Origin: Batkoa obscura
Lineage: Eukaryota
Assembly (NCBI GenBank): GCA_030770535.1
Contig: JASVEC010000001.1
Location: 1,922,001-1,986,000, forward strand
Direction of reading: 5' to 3'
DNA length: 64,000 nucleotides
Part shown: one piece after another, positions 26,275-38,713 of the stretch
Numbering within the stretch: position 1 is the first letter of the stretch
Layout: each line of letters opens with the position of its first letter
Made by a program: the position numbers and the translations under genes
Notes under the pieces: generated by a model
Databases searched by the model: none
Told to the model about the DNA's origin: nothing
The model's input: only the letters and a program-made list of their open reading frames with translations

Positions 26275-26557
26275 ATATTAAATCAATATTTGAATCTAAA
26301 TTTATTAGTAATAAACGGAAGAATTTTTATACAAAAAGACCTTTAAAATTTCAATTTCCGGAATTTTCAATCAATTTTATCAAAGATAATAAAAAATGGA
26401 GGGAAAGCGGGTTAAATTTTGAAGGGGAAGGGAGGGAAGAGTTTAAGTAACTGGTAAAAATTAAGAGTATATAAAGAAACAAATTTCTTATACAAATTAT
26501 TAAAAAAATATTTATTAACTATTTGTAAACAGTATCTTTTGTAAATTAAAGAATCAA

Positions 26558-27004
26558 ATGAAATTGACTAGCATTGTTGGATTCACCTTATTAGCCGCTG
26601 GAAGCATTGAAAGTTTCAGTTTGATTAATAAACTTAAACATGTATTTAGACGTGCCCTTGATAATAGCAAATGTTTAATTGCTAATAATCAAAAATATGG
26701 ATGGGCTTATACATCTGGAAAATACCCCCCTTGTTGGATCGAAAATGGTGGTAAATATGATTGCTACGACTACAAATCAGGTACTCAATGCGATAACTGG
26801 AATGGTATGTTTGATCGCTCAAAGCAAGGTGGCGGTGGTAACAAACCACCTGCAGATAATTGTAACAGAGGTAATATGGGCACTTTATGTTATCCAGCTA
26901 AAGAAAATTGTCCTAAATGTTGGCAAAAAAATGGGAATAAATATGATTGTTATGATAAAGTTAATGGAAATAAATGTCCTTGGGGTGGAATGGTGGAGAT
27001 TTAG
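26558..27004 (+). CDS. Small secreted cysteine-rich protein with an internal duplication
   Basis: 148 aa; signal peptide; dibasic RR; repeats CWIENGGKYDCYD..C..W.GM and CWQKNGNKYDCYD..C.W.GM; TATAAA upstream and AATAAA just after the stop. Confidence 0.8.
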   Translation: MKLTSIVGFTLLAAGSIESFSLINKLKHVFRRALDNSKCLIANNQKYGWAYTSGKYPPCWIENGGKYDCYDYKSGTQCDNWNGMFDRSKQGGGGNKPPADNCNRGNMGTLCYPAKENCPKCWQKNGNKYDCYDKVNGNKCPWGGMVEI

Positions 27005-27780
27005 ATTTTTAATAAATAAAGATTGAAATATTAGTTTTTTTAGTTTATTTACCTATGATAATGTTGACTTTTAAATTTAAAAATATAGATTAAAGAGTTA
27101 TTAATGAACGCATTTTGGACTCTCTTTTGTGAAATAACTACTAGTTTTTATAAATTTAAAAGAGAAATTCTTGAAGCACTTTTTAACTTTAGAGATTGAG
27201 TTGTCAATTAAGATATACTTGGATAAAAGTCGTTTAAACTTATGTTCATTGTCTTTAGTTTTATTGACTTTTGATTAAAAATGATCAACAAAGACTTGGT
27301 TTTATCTCCACTGTAAGTTTATTTTTAATTCGATTTTAAATTAGTTTACATTTAGATAATGTAATAACTTTATTGTAAAAGTATAGTTTATGCCTATTCA
27401 AACTATTGTATAAAAGTTTTTCTTAAATATTCCAACACTATAAAGATATACTATCCTTTTATAATTGACATTGATAAATAATTTTACCTTTAAAAATAAG
27501 TCTAAATAATTGATTTTATTACTGGATAGAGGAAACTATTAGAGCCTTAATGGGAGATTTTAATATGTATGAATATTGAATTTTAAGTTATAAGGTTGTT
27601 ATATTTATTTTACAACTATGATTACTATTAAACTGTTTAAGATAAAATCTAGCATTACTTGAAATATATTGATTACTATGGAATGAATGGTATAATTTGT
27701 CTTAATTAAAATTACGATAAATGTAAAATAAATATAAAAAACTTATAACTTATATTAACTAAATTTATTAAACTAATCAA

Positions 27781-29745
27781 CTAATCAAACTTAGGATTAG
27801 TTACATCTAGACCATCATAATCCTCAGTATACTGATCGTCAGTCTTACCTTGGGTAGTGTCAGGGGGCGACTTAGCCAACACATCAGAAGCAGAACTATT
27901 ATCCTCGTGAACGAAATCTGCAACGACATCACCGAGCATGTGGACTAATAAATTAGGGAAGAAACCAGGAATATTAGGGAAAGCGGACATATCAACAACT
28001 CTTAAACTCTTAACACCACGAACTCGGAATCTAGAATCAAGGACAGCGTAAGGGTCAGTATCAGCGCCCAATTTGGCAGTACAACATACATGGTGTCCCC
28101 ATACTGTTTCGATAATCCATTTTGCTATTTGGGTTCTCGTTTTGATGTTACTACCTGGTAATGCTTCTTGGTATTTGGTACCTACATTAGCATTGGTGCG
28201 GTTACGTAAAAATAAGATCCCATCGATCAAAGCATTCATATCTTCATAACCATTACGATTGAATTTTAATAAATTGATGTCAGGTACATCATTTGGATTA
28301 GAGGATACTAAATTGACATGGCCTTTGCCTTTAGAACGTGCTTTTAATACTAATTGTGTGAAGTAGTGTAAATTATTAACAATATCTTGGGTATAGCCTC
28401 GATAATAACCATGGAAAAAGATAGGGATGTTGATAAAGAAGGTATCAGGTTCACTTAAACCAGATTTTGAGTTTTTAATTTGGCCACTGAAGCCAGGAGC
28501 GTGTAAATAAGGACCAGTTTTAGTTTCTAAATAATTTTTAAAGCATCGATCTTTGGTTGGGTCCGCGATCCATGGACAATCTTTAAATATTTCAAGGTTT
28601 TGCTTTAAGTCGGTACTGTATGGTAATTCATAACGGTCTTGAAGATTTTTACCTACCCCTCTAAGGTTGGTAATAACTGGGATTTTAAATTTGTTTAATT
28701 GAGTTGCATCTCCAATACCTGAAAGCATAAGTAATTGTGGGGTCATAAAGGTACCACCAGAAATAATAATTTCTTTAGTGGCAAAGAATTGATTTGGTAC
28801 ACTTGAATCCCAATTGGCTTGTTTATACATTGGTGAAGCTTTATACAGGTATTTACCATGACGAACATCTACTCCAATAGCTTTCTTATTTTTATCAAAT
28901 AAAATTTTAGTAGCAAAAGTATCAGTAAGAATAGTTAATGGGGTGAAAGCTCGAGCCATTTGCATTTGACCAAGGAAATTCATTCTGGTAAAATTATTGA
29001 GATGGACACCACCTGGGATAGTAAATGTAGACTCTTGGCTAGTACCAAGTTTACCATTAACATAACCATTGACATCATACTTTGGATTTGGACCTAAAAA
29101 GGAGAGGAAATCGATAAGGGATTGATCAATTGGACCAACACGTTCTACTGGGTTGTAAGAAAGAGGTAACCAACCATTGAAACCATGATCACCAGCGTTT
29201 CTAAGATCCGTTGGATATTGATTGTTTTCTAATGGCTTAAAATATTTGTTTCTAAATGTTGCTTCTTCAAATACTGCATTTCCAGTTAAGCTCTTAAGTT
29301 GATCAAAATCTTGCTTTTGTGGGTACATTTCAATTTGAGCATGATGTAAAGAACATCCCCCTAATCCACCCACTCTTGGATAAAATACATTTTGACGGAT
29401 ACCAGTGATTTCTGGATAATGTTTAACAGAGAAATCGAAGGAAATCTTTGGATCTTCAGTTGCACGGAAAGAGATACCAGCGGTAGTTATATTATAACTT
29501 GCTGGCCCTGGCTCAGGCTCTGGTCCAGCTTCAATTAACAAAGTTTTATAACCATATTTGGCTAATCTCATAGCTGCCATACCACCAGCAGACCCTCCTC
29601 CTACAACGATGTAGTCATATGTTTTATCGGCGGTTTTATAATCGTTCTTTTTATAAAGATAAGAGTCATCACCTCCGGCATCTGTGGCGATAGTTGAACC
29701 CAAGAATAAGACAGTAAAAGGGATAATAAAAAGAAAGCCCTTCAT
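27781..29745 (-). CDS. Secreted GMC (glucose-methanol-choline) oxidoreductase, intronless
   Basis: 654 aa; signal peptide; YDYIVVGGGSAG FAD motif, YPRVGGLGGCS, GGTFMTPQLLMLSGIG, GVGKNLQDR, WGHH.CCT, VLDSRFRVRGVKSLRVVD. Confidence 0.95.
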   Translation of the reverse strand: MKGFLFIIPFTVLFLGSTIATDAGGDDSYLYKKNDYKTADKTYDYIVVGGGSAGGMAAMRLAKYGYKTLLIEAGPEPEPGPASYNITTAGISFRATEDPKISFDFSVKHYPEITGIRQNVFYPRVGGLGGCSLHHAQIEMYPQKQDFDQLKSLTGNAVFEEATFRNKYFKPLENNQYPTDLRNAGDHGFNGWLPLSYNPVERVGPIDQSLIDFLSFLGPNPKYDVNGYVNGKLGTSQESTFTIPGGVHLNNFTRMNFLGQMQMARAFTPLTILTDTFATKILFDKNKKAIGVDVRHGKYLYKASPMYKQANWDSSVPNQFFATKEIIISGGTFMTPQLLMLSGIGDATQLNKFKIPVITNLRGVGKNLQDRYELPYSTDLKQNLEIFKDCPWIADPTKDRCFKNYLETKTGPYLHAPGFSGQIKNSKSGLSEPDTFFINIPIFFHGYYRGYTQDIVNNLHYFTQLVLKARSKGKGHVNLVSSNPNDVPDINLLKFNRNGYEDMNALIDGILFLRNRTNANVGTKYQEALPGSNIKTRTQIAKWIIETVWGHHVCCTAKLGADTDPYAVLDSRFRVRGVKSLRVVDMSAFPNIPGFFPNLLVHMLGDVVADFVHEDNSSASDVLAKSPPDTTQGKTDDQYTEDYDGLDVTNPKFD

Positions 29746-31704
29746 GATGATTGTATAAATTGATCAGTAAGAAATTGATTGGAATAAATAGACAAGGAGG
29801 GTTGTAATGCTTTGTTGTTTTTTAATAGCTATTTTTGGGTAAAGTGGTAACTTATATACTTTTTCATTTCTTGGCTGTATGGCACCTTACGTCCTATATA
29901 AATGACATGTCTGGACTTTTTTGATCTTTTACTGTCATTCCGGATTTTAAACTGGATTAGTACAAGTATATCTTTTAGGAATATAAGATATTTAGGCTTA
30001 ATAGCATTTATTAATATCAATTATGAAAAATAGGAGATTTTAACAAAGAAATGATCAAAGGAATAAAAAGTCGAATAATAATATTAAAGTAAATGATCAT
30101 TTTAAATAGGGATAAATTTTGAATAATTAAAAACCTCGCAATTTGAAAACTTCGGGTAATTCAGTTTATATGTTCAAAGGATACTTTATTTGTAGCTAAG
30201 TTTTTCAATTCGTTTGTTAAAATATTGTAGTAAAAGCGATATTCCTTCCCAACTTTATAATACTTACTATAATTCTCAAAATGTTAATTCAAGTATTATC
30301 AGCAGTATCACTGCTTTGACTTGTGAGGATTATTAATCTTTAGATAAATTTGGTAATAAAAAATGAATCAATTTTATTAATATTAATGTGATTTCCTACT
30401 ATTACGTATAAAGTTAATTTAAATTTTTTATTTCAAGTGATTTATTTTCATTTAAAAAAACTTTGCAGAAAAAAATAAGAAAATGATGTTATAAACATGA
30501 TAATTATATATAACAAATTTAGGAAAGAAATGATATTAAAAGGCCATGGATAAATAACAGTAAATAAGGTTAAATTCTAAAAAGCAAGGAGCTTAGGATA
30601 AACCTTTTAGTTTTAGCACTAGTGGCTAAATAAATAATTATCGAGTGGAAAATCCATATAATTTACTTTTATCAAATAACATACTTTAAATTAATAATTA
30701 ACTATTTTTATTTTAAATCGAAATTTAAAAAATGCCTTTATTATATTAAGTTAGCGGGAATATTAATAAAATATAGAAATTAAGCTATTACCCTATACCG
30801 CTTCAGACTTTAATTGTATCCTTACCTTATTTTCATCGGCTAATAAGCTTTTTAAGCTTTAATTTGTGGTTTAAAACTCTTTTTGTTGCATAAATGAGTA
30901 TAAAATATAGTTTGGTTTCTAGATAAATATATCCGTTTGATGATTTCGAACATCGTAATTTGAACCATTCTGCTTGAATTATATAACAAGAGAAATACTC
31001 TAATTTATGTGCTATGATATAATATTTTTTACATTCTTTATAGTCTAATCTTAATAAAACTGTTATTTTTGTCTCAAACCTTATAATTATAACTATGACC
31101 TTTTATAAATAGTAATGTTTTAAGGTAGCTAATGTTCTCAAATAAGTATTTATATCAAACCATTTACTTTATATTTTTTTGAAGATTGAGTTAAATATTG
31201 ACAAGAAAATATGAATAACGAAATATTTTAATTCATTTAAGTCACCTACTGATAAAAAATTGAAATTAAACTTACTTAATATAAAAATAATGAATTTAAA
31301 TATTTTATATTAGTTTTAGGTAATTAGTATTTAATATTATAATAATTAACTTTTAGTTTAATCGCATTTATGATTATTTTAATTCAATGAAAAGTGAATA
31401 AAAATTAATTTGATTTATTTATTATCAATAAATTGTATAAATTATTAATTATAGGTTTTAAAATGTGAATTTTAAACAATTGATTAATCAAAATGTTTGA
31501 AATTTATAACTTGTATTTTTTTAAAAATTCAGATTAAAAGCTGCACTTTATTGTTAGCTTTTCTAAATAATAATACAAAGTACTACGCATTGCTTTTTTA
31601 ATGGAATATAATAATACTATAAAACTTAACAATGTTTATATACTAATCACATAACTCTTATATGTCTTTAGACTAATAAATCAATTTGTTAAACTTTAAT
31701 ATTT

Positions 31705-31794
31705 GAGGCTGCTTCTTTTGGTTTCATCACTTTTTCCTTTTTTTTAGGTGCTATTGAGAGAGAAAAAGCTAGTAACTTTCTTAAAAAACATCCC
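31705..31794 (+). mobile_element. MITE copy 6 (degenerate)
   Basis: GAGG...GGTTTCATCACTTTTTCC...TAGGTGCTATTGAG...ACATCCC. Confidence 0.7.
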
Positions 31795-33146
31795 ATTGTC
31801 ACCAAGTAATCAAATTGGTGACAACTTCATAGTTTCCACTCTTTTCCACTCTTGGGTTGGGTTGTGCAAATTAGAGTTTGACTCTATGAAATCAAACTTA
31901 CTCAAGTCTAAAGCAGGTGAAGCCGAATTGACCAATTTCCAAGTTGTTTTTTAGCTCCTTTCTCTTCCTCTACTAGCTCCCGATTCACTTAAAAGTCAGG
32001 TTCTTTATTATTTTACTTACCTCCAACAATAAATCACTTGGGAGTTTATCTCCTTTAAGATTTTAAAAAAAGGCATCCTCATTTAACAGTTCTTTTAGTA
32101 TCTTGTTTTCACAACCTGAAGATTTTTAATAAGTTGTTATCCAAGGTTCCATATAAGATATAAATCAATACCTTACTTATAACTTAAACCTAAATTTTAT
32201 AAAAAATTTAAATACATAACTAAGTAGAAATTTTAATAATTGATATTTCCTGCAGAATGATGAATAAAGAGTTCACTACATTATGGATAAATTACTATTT
32301 AGCCAGTATAAATTTATTTCACATAAAACATGATAAAACATTTTACAAATTTGTATACTATGCTATAATAAAAATAAAGTTAATAGATCGATTTTAAAAT
32401 GTGACAAAAATGTTAACTCGGTTTATATAGCGCTTTATTCTAGTATTAGATACATCTTTTCAATAAGGAATTTGATTAGAATGAACTGTTTGAATATAAG
32501 TAGAACGATTATGAGTTTAAGCTGATGGCAAGATGCACCATAAAAGGAATTACTTAATATAGATTACTAATCATTTTATAGATAGCCAGCTGCTAGATAG
32601 GTTTAAAAAGGTGCATGAAGAAGTAGGAAAGTAGGTTGACTATTCAAGCAACAGCTATCTTTATAGTATAAAATAATGTTTTAAAATTGATACGATTTTT
32701 GCTTTAAATTAGTAAAAAGTTTATTATTTTATAGATTATTACATAGATAAAAATAATCTTAAATTTAAAAAGGTATATTTGTATTGAAATTATCTAATCT
32801 TTATATCTCAACTTTATATTTATACTAAGTTGTGAATTTCAAATATCATTATAACTAGGAACAAAATGCTAAAACTTTTCCCTTATTTTCGGTTAATCTT
32901 TACAAAATTAGTAAACCTGATATGTTATGTATTAATATAAGCAGCATAATATTTGTAATATATTAAATGTTCCACATTAGCTACTCTAAAGTTGATTCTA
33001 AAGTTAATGCTTGAAATTGAATCTATCAATACTTTGACAAATTTAATTTATATTAAGTGCACAAAAATTCTATAATAACTAGTATCATTAAATATCTTTA
33101 TTATAACAAATCAATTGTCAAAGTAGAGCGCTATAGTTAGTATATA

Positions 33147-33884
33147 TTAAACACATTCAATCGCATCACCTGCATTTTTACATGTTAATGCTGGATTGCA
33201 GGACTCAATAAATCTTTGTTTATGAACGCATGAAACATATTGCTTATCAGAGATACACTTTTTGTAGATACCAGCTCCGCATTCATCAGTTGGTTTATCG
33301 TATGAAGCGTCTTTTGGGGTATCTTTTGGTTTATGTGATTTTTGTGACTTTGGCTTTTCTTCTTCTTCTTCTTCTTCATCAAAATCATTTTCATCTTCAT
33401 CTTCTGATTTTACTGGCTTCTCAGGTTTCGATTTGGGGGTTTCGGTTTCAGGCTCAGTACGCATACCAGGTAATTCAGCATCACCACCAGTAATTACACC
33501 AGCGCATTTACCAGCATCAGTAGATTCCCAAGATACCTCAACATGACCAGTAGTTTCACCATCTGATAGCTGTGAAAATGCTACAGTATTCATATCTAAA
33601 CCTTGTCCGCCAATATCAACAGCAACAATGTATAATACGAGACCGTTTTTCTTCGAGGTTACTTTTAGACAGGTACCGCATTGAGATTTATCTAAACCCT
33701 GTACTGCAGTAACTCTGTCAAGGTTCATTTGAGATGCTGGGATACCACAAGCTACTTGAGATGTTTCAAGGATGGATCTTTGATCTTGGTATGGATGGGT
33801 AGTGATTGCTGCAGAGCCAGATAATGCCGTAATGTTGCTCATCAAAGCAGAAAATAAGGTTAAAAATAAGGTTGGTTTCATCAT
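33147..33884 (-). CDS. Secreted expansin-like/RlpA DPBB protein with acidic linker and C-terminal Cys-rich (possibly carbohydrate-binding) module
   Basis: 245 aa; signal peptide; VACG, CGTCLKVT, VDIGGQGLDM..AFSQL, VSW; C-terminal C..C..QYVSC..SC..TC..IEC. Confidence 0.85.
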   Translation of the reverse strand: MMKPTLFLTLFSALMSNITALSGSAAITTHPYQDQRSILETSQVACGIPASQMNLDRVTAVQGLDKSQCGTCLKVTSKKNGLVLYIVAVDIGGQGLDMNTVAFSQLSDGETTGHVEVSWESTDAGKCAGVITGGDAELPGMRTEPETETPKSKPEKPVKSEDEDENDFDEEEEEEEKPKSQKSHKPKDTPKDASYDKPTDECGAGIYKKCISDKQYVSCVHKQRFIESCNPALTCKNAGDAIECV

Positions 33885-35215
33885 TTTAGTTAGTTGGATT
33901 TGATGTATGTTATAAGAAAATTAATTAATGATAATCAATTATACTACTTCCAGAGTAATAAATTTTATTTTAAAATAATATTATATAAGTTGAATGCTTC
34001 TTTTTTCTTATATATACGCCTCTTTGTAACTTTTCTATGACTTTGGTATCTTGGCAATTTCTTGTTATGTAATTAATTATATTTTTACAATTACCTTGTT
34101 TGATCAAATTTGCATTAAATTATGACCCATCCTTGGAATTAAATTTATTATATATATTGAATTTCGGTTGATAGGTGATTGTTATAGCTATTTGATCAGT
34201 CTTAAATATAATTATTTACTAAATAAGCCATCGAAAATTTATAACTTTTATTTTCAATAGAGTAAACAATAACCTAATGAATAAGAGCTCTAGGTGATAT
34301 GATGCAATTAATTTAATTCTAAACTTCAAACAACAATAAATTGAGGTGAATTTCGAACTAAAAATTGGCTTACTAATTCATATGGGGATATCCGAATTAG
34401 TTTCATTTTTTTATCCAATTTTTAAATATTTATATTTTAAAAACTTTGTTTAAATTCTATAAAAATAAATTTTTTATTAAAAAGCAAAAGTACCCGACAC
34501 AGTTTTAAATTATGAATGATTTATATTCCAAGTTAGCAGAATTTCTACTAAATTTAATAGAAATTCCTGAATTAGCAAGGCTTTTACCAATATAGCCTAT
34601 ATAGTGATATTAATCAAAGTTGTAATATGTAAATAAATAAATATTTTTATAAAACTTTATTAAGGAATATTTATTATTAACTGCTTTATAGCCAACACTG
34701 CAGATTTACTATCAAATAAATGAATTATTTTAATGTTATAATTACATTATCAATATATTGCTAAGTTAATAAATAGCTGCATGGGAGGGAGTGGTTAGCC
34801 CTAAAACTATAATTAACCATCCCTATGTAACACAAGCGATGTAATAATAGTTTTTATTTATTATTACAACTACTTGCTCTTTGACTATTTATTAACTTAG
34901 CTATTAATAATTTAAGTAATGTCAACATTTAATAATGGATTTCTATCATCTAATAAGTTATTTACTTGCTTACTAAATATTGAAACTTTTAAATTTTCAG
35001 TTATTTTTGTAAGATAAGCTGGGGTTGATCTTTTAATTTTTCTATCCTCTATAGACTCTATAACTTTAATTGGAATTATATCACTTTTTTTGATCTATCA
35101 GATACTAGATAACAGTGTAGTTTATTATCATGTTTAATAAAATGTGAATACTTTTTAATACCTTGTGTTTTTATTATTTTTATTATATTTTTGTTTCTTT
35201 CATACTTTTTAAAAG

Positions 35216-35833
35216 TTATATTTGTTTTCCATTATTAACAATTGAGTTATTAACTCCATTATGTTCACAAATAAAAATTTCAAATTTTAAAATTAATTGA
35301 TCAATATCTTCTATTTTACCTAATATTTCAAAACTATTTTTCCACTGTGAAAGATTTCCAAAATGTCCGTCAACTATACTTTTTCCATGATGCTCAGCAA
35401 AAAAATTAAGATCAATATTTAAACTACTATTTATTTTATAAATTTCTTCAAATATATAATGTAAAAACTCTTGAAATTTAAAATGATATTCTGTATCTGC
35501 CCATATATTAATTTTTGTAAACTTTTTAAACAAAGGCTCTTTAGATATTAAGTCAATTAAACAATCTCCTGCATATGCTGAATCATGATTTAATATTTCA
35601 GATAAATAATCAAAATAAACTTTGCCTATTGTTTTATCATTTTTTAAATATAAAACGTCAAACCCTAATACTGATGTAGCTTGTTTATTATAATGATCTA
35701 AATTTATTGGATCTGGTCTTGTTCCTATTTCCATATTTTGTTTAAAATCTAAAATTATTATACAATTTTTATTATTTAATTTTTTAATAGTTTCATTAAA
35801 TATGTTTTTTTTGAGTATCAACACAAAATTCAT
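35216..35833 (-). pseudogene. DDD/DDE transposase catalytic-domain remnant (Sola2-like)
   Basis: ILDFKQN, HDS, IWAD...HFK, FFAEHHGKSIVDGHFG motifs; no N-terminus; frameshifted flanks. Confidence 0.75.
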
Positions 35834-35943
35834 ATAATTTATATAACCTTTTTTCTTTATTAAAAGATTCTTCTATCTCTGCTTTATCTTTTGTCGCTGT
35901 ATTTATTTTATTTTCAAATAATTTTTTTCTAACTGTATACTGG

Positions 35944-36890
35944 TGTGAAATATCGGTTCATTAGCTCTAGGATTGGTTATAATATGATAATCAATCCAGA
36001 GTTCCTTATATAGATTTGCTGTGAGAATCGCTACCACCTGATCATGAAGAACTTATTGTCCACATTTTAATGTCCATACTTGGCAACTGTGAAAGTTGAT
36101 ACTTAGTGGTCGAAGTTAAAAGCTACTCTTGCTCAATTAACTTGCCTTGAGTTGAACGGTCTTAGTTTATGTAACTAAGATAGACTTAACTTAATAGAAA
36201 TAGTACGTAATAAGCTACGAATTATGTAAACAAACACAATGGAAGATACTACCATAAAATCTATATAAGATGTTGTCAGAAAGACTTAGTGACTTTATTA
36301 ATGATACGTTATCAGGGAGTAATCCAATTAAAAAGCATCGAGTTATCATGTTGAAGAATCTCTTTTATACTCCAACAAGTATGGATATCAAAACGAGAAG
36401 ATAATATTTTTTGCAATATTAAGTTATAAATTCTCGCAGCAAATCAAAATAAGGGACTCTGGTTTGATTGTGTTTGAACTTGAGAACACAACAACTTAAG
36501 TGATTGTTGTGTTATAATCAATCCGAGAGCTAAATAAAGCAATATTTCACACAACTATAATAAGGGATAACTGTTATAATGTTCCTTATATAGCCACCCA
36601 GTTGGAGTATAAAAGAGATTTTTCAACATACTGACTCTAGGCTTTTTAATTGAATTATTCCCTGATATCGTATCATTAATAAAGTCACTAAGTCTTTCTG
36701 ACGACATCTTACATAGATTTTACAGCAGTATCTTCTATTATATTTGTTTTACATAATTCGTAGCTTATTAGGTATTATTCCTATTAATTTAAGTCTACCT
36801 TAGCTATATAAACTAAGGCCTTTTGACTTACGGCCAGCTAATTAAGCTGGGACTGCTCTTAACTGTAATCACTGAGTACCAACTTTCACA
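35944..36890 (-). mobile_element. Solo LTR (outer, reverse orientation) split by a second LTR
   Basis: 35944-36087 plus 36552-36890 together are the reverse complement of the 15442-15912 element; flanks CTGG/AACA do not match. Confidence 0.75.
36088..36551 (+). mobile_element. Solo LTR (inner, nested)
   Basis: TGTGAAAGTTGATACT...TTTCACA with CAAC TSD at 36084-36087 and 36552-36555. Confidence 0.8.
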
Positions 36891-37282
36891 AACATATAAT
36901 TAAAAAAATAAAATAAATAAAATAAGTCTTTTAAGAAATTTATATTTAATTTTAAGGTTTTTAAATTTAGCTAATCATACATTAAAGACTTACAAATTTA
37001 AAAACTTAAAATTTGGATTAATTTCTAGTTGAATTCTGAAACCAATTCGGACACCCCTAATATGTCTTTTGAACTGTTTGATTTTGTTGACAATAAAATA
37101 AATTAATTGAATCTAGCCTGATTGAAGTTTTTATTATTTTTAAATTTAAAATATTATTATTAAATAACTATTATCAATTTATATGGTTAAAGTTTGTCTT
37201 TTAAAATATTTAAAAAAAATTTAAACTCACATATTCAACTATTTTAATATAAAATAAAGTCCATAATTAATCAACTTTTGTT

Positions 37283-38713
37283 CTATAATTTCTGTTTAAT
37301 CAATATATCTCTTATATTGATATTATCAATAGATTCTAAATAATAAGTCGGATAAGGATAATGGCTTAAATCTAATCTCATATCTTCTATTTTAGGTACA
37401 AATAAGGTAGTAGGCTCCGTCATAGCTTTAGGTACACTTTCTAATACTTTACGTTGATTATCCATTTTTCTCTTATAATAAATCAAAAGTAAAATAAATA
37501 CAGTTAACAATATAAAAAATAGACTTCCAATGATACCTGCAATCATTGGAATGCTAATAGATTTATCTTCTTTTTCTTTCTTCGTTGAGTCGACATTATT
37601 TAAATCTTCTTTGCTTATATTACTTTTTTCGATAAGTAGGTTATTATTTCCAAATATACTATCCTCTTCTTCCCAGGTTTTAATATTAAAAATCCTTGTT
37701 TGCTCTGAACTTTCAAAATCTCTTCTAGAACCAAAAGAAGTAATAATTAAATCTTTATATGAAATCAAACAACTTAATTCTAGGATTTGGAAGTTGACCA
37801 CTCTTTTACTCCATTTGAAGGTAATCATATCTAACATATAAAATACATTTTTATCACCTTCTTCGGATGTAAATAAATATAGTACATTTCTTATAATTTC
37901 AAACTTCGCATAAAAATCTTCGTTCGGTATCTCACCGTTCAACAGTATATCTTTGATTTTGTTATCGTTGAAGTTTACTTCTTTTATTTTATTCATTGGT
38001 AGTTTATTACGATTTTCATCCTCACCACCTAACAAATAAAGTTTTCCATTGTATATAAAACATGTTTGCATTGAATTCATAGGCAACTTAATATCCGTTT
38101 TTCGAAATATTCCAGTTTCGATATTGTATAATATTAAAGGAAGATCAATATATATTGAAGTAGTGATGTTATTATTTGTGATATGTTGAAAGCCATATAA
38201 TATAAGTTGATTTTTTATTATATTATTTTGTAAAAAACTGAAGATAATTTGGTTATTAAAACTCAAATTAGTGTCGATTTTTAATGTTTTTAAAAGGGTT
38301 AATAATTTAGTATTAGGCCCGTTATCAATAGTCCAGATATTTTTATTAATGTGATAATACGCTACTCCAAATGGTCTATTTTCGTTAAAAATGGTGATAA
38401 TCTTGTTTTCCCCTTTACTATTGAATTTGAAAACACTTGGGTTTCTCATTGTTCGATTTGAATTTGATGGAGTAAGTTTATCCCAAGGCGCTATTCGATT
38501 ACTTAATTTGAAGCTTTTGTTTAAATCTAATTTATAGATTGCTTGATTCGTATAATAATTTTTGAAATTTTTTAAATAATAATAACCCCCAATATAATAA
38601 ATTGCGTCGTCTACTACTATACATCCTCCTTCTGTTATTCGAGGGTTAATAAGTTCTGAGGTTGTAGAAAGTAAGTGGAATAAAAAAAACAAAAAAATAG
38701 AAGTCATAAACAT
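37283..38713 (-). CDS. Kelch-repeat single-pass membrane protein, intronless
   Basis: 476 aa; signal peptide; IYYIGG and LYLLGG Kelch motifs; TM helix IAGIIGSLFFILLTVFILLLIYY followed by KRK. Confidence 0.85.
   Translation of the reverse strand: MFMTSIFLFFLFHLLSTTSELINPRITEGGCIVVDDAIYYIGGYYYLKNFKNYYTNQAIYKLDLNKSFKLSNRIAPWDKLTPSNSNRTMRNPSVFKFNSKGENKIITIFNENRPFGVAYYHINKNIWTIDNGPNTKLLTLLKTLKIDTNLSFNNQIIFSFLQNNIIKNQLILYGFQHITNNNITTSIYIDLPLILYNIETGIFRKTDIKLPMNSMQTCFIYNGKLYLLGGEDENRNKLPMNKIKEVNFNDNKIKDILLNGEIPNEDFYAKFEIIRNVLYLFTSEEGDKNVFYMLDMITFKWSKRVVNFQILELSCLISYKDLIITSFGSRRDFESSEQTRIFNIKTWEEEDSIFGNNNLLIEKSNISKEDLNNVDSTKKEKEDKSISIPMIAGIIGSLFFILLTVFILLLIYYKRKMDNQRKVLESVPKAMTEPTTLFVPKIEDMRLDLSHYPYPTYYLESIDNINIRDILIKQKL

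Larger units (their letters stand above)
34384..37058 (-). mobile_element. Decayed DNA transposon, Sola2-like, interrupted by nested LTRs
   Basis: Imperfect TIRs GGGGATATCCGAATTAGTTTCA (34384) and TGAAACCAATTCGGACACCCC (ending ~37057) enclose a transposase remnant; TSD not cleanly preserved. Confidence 0.7.
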
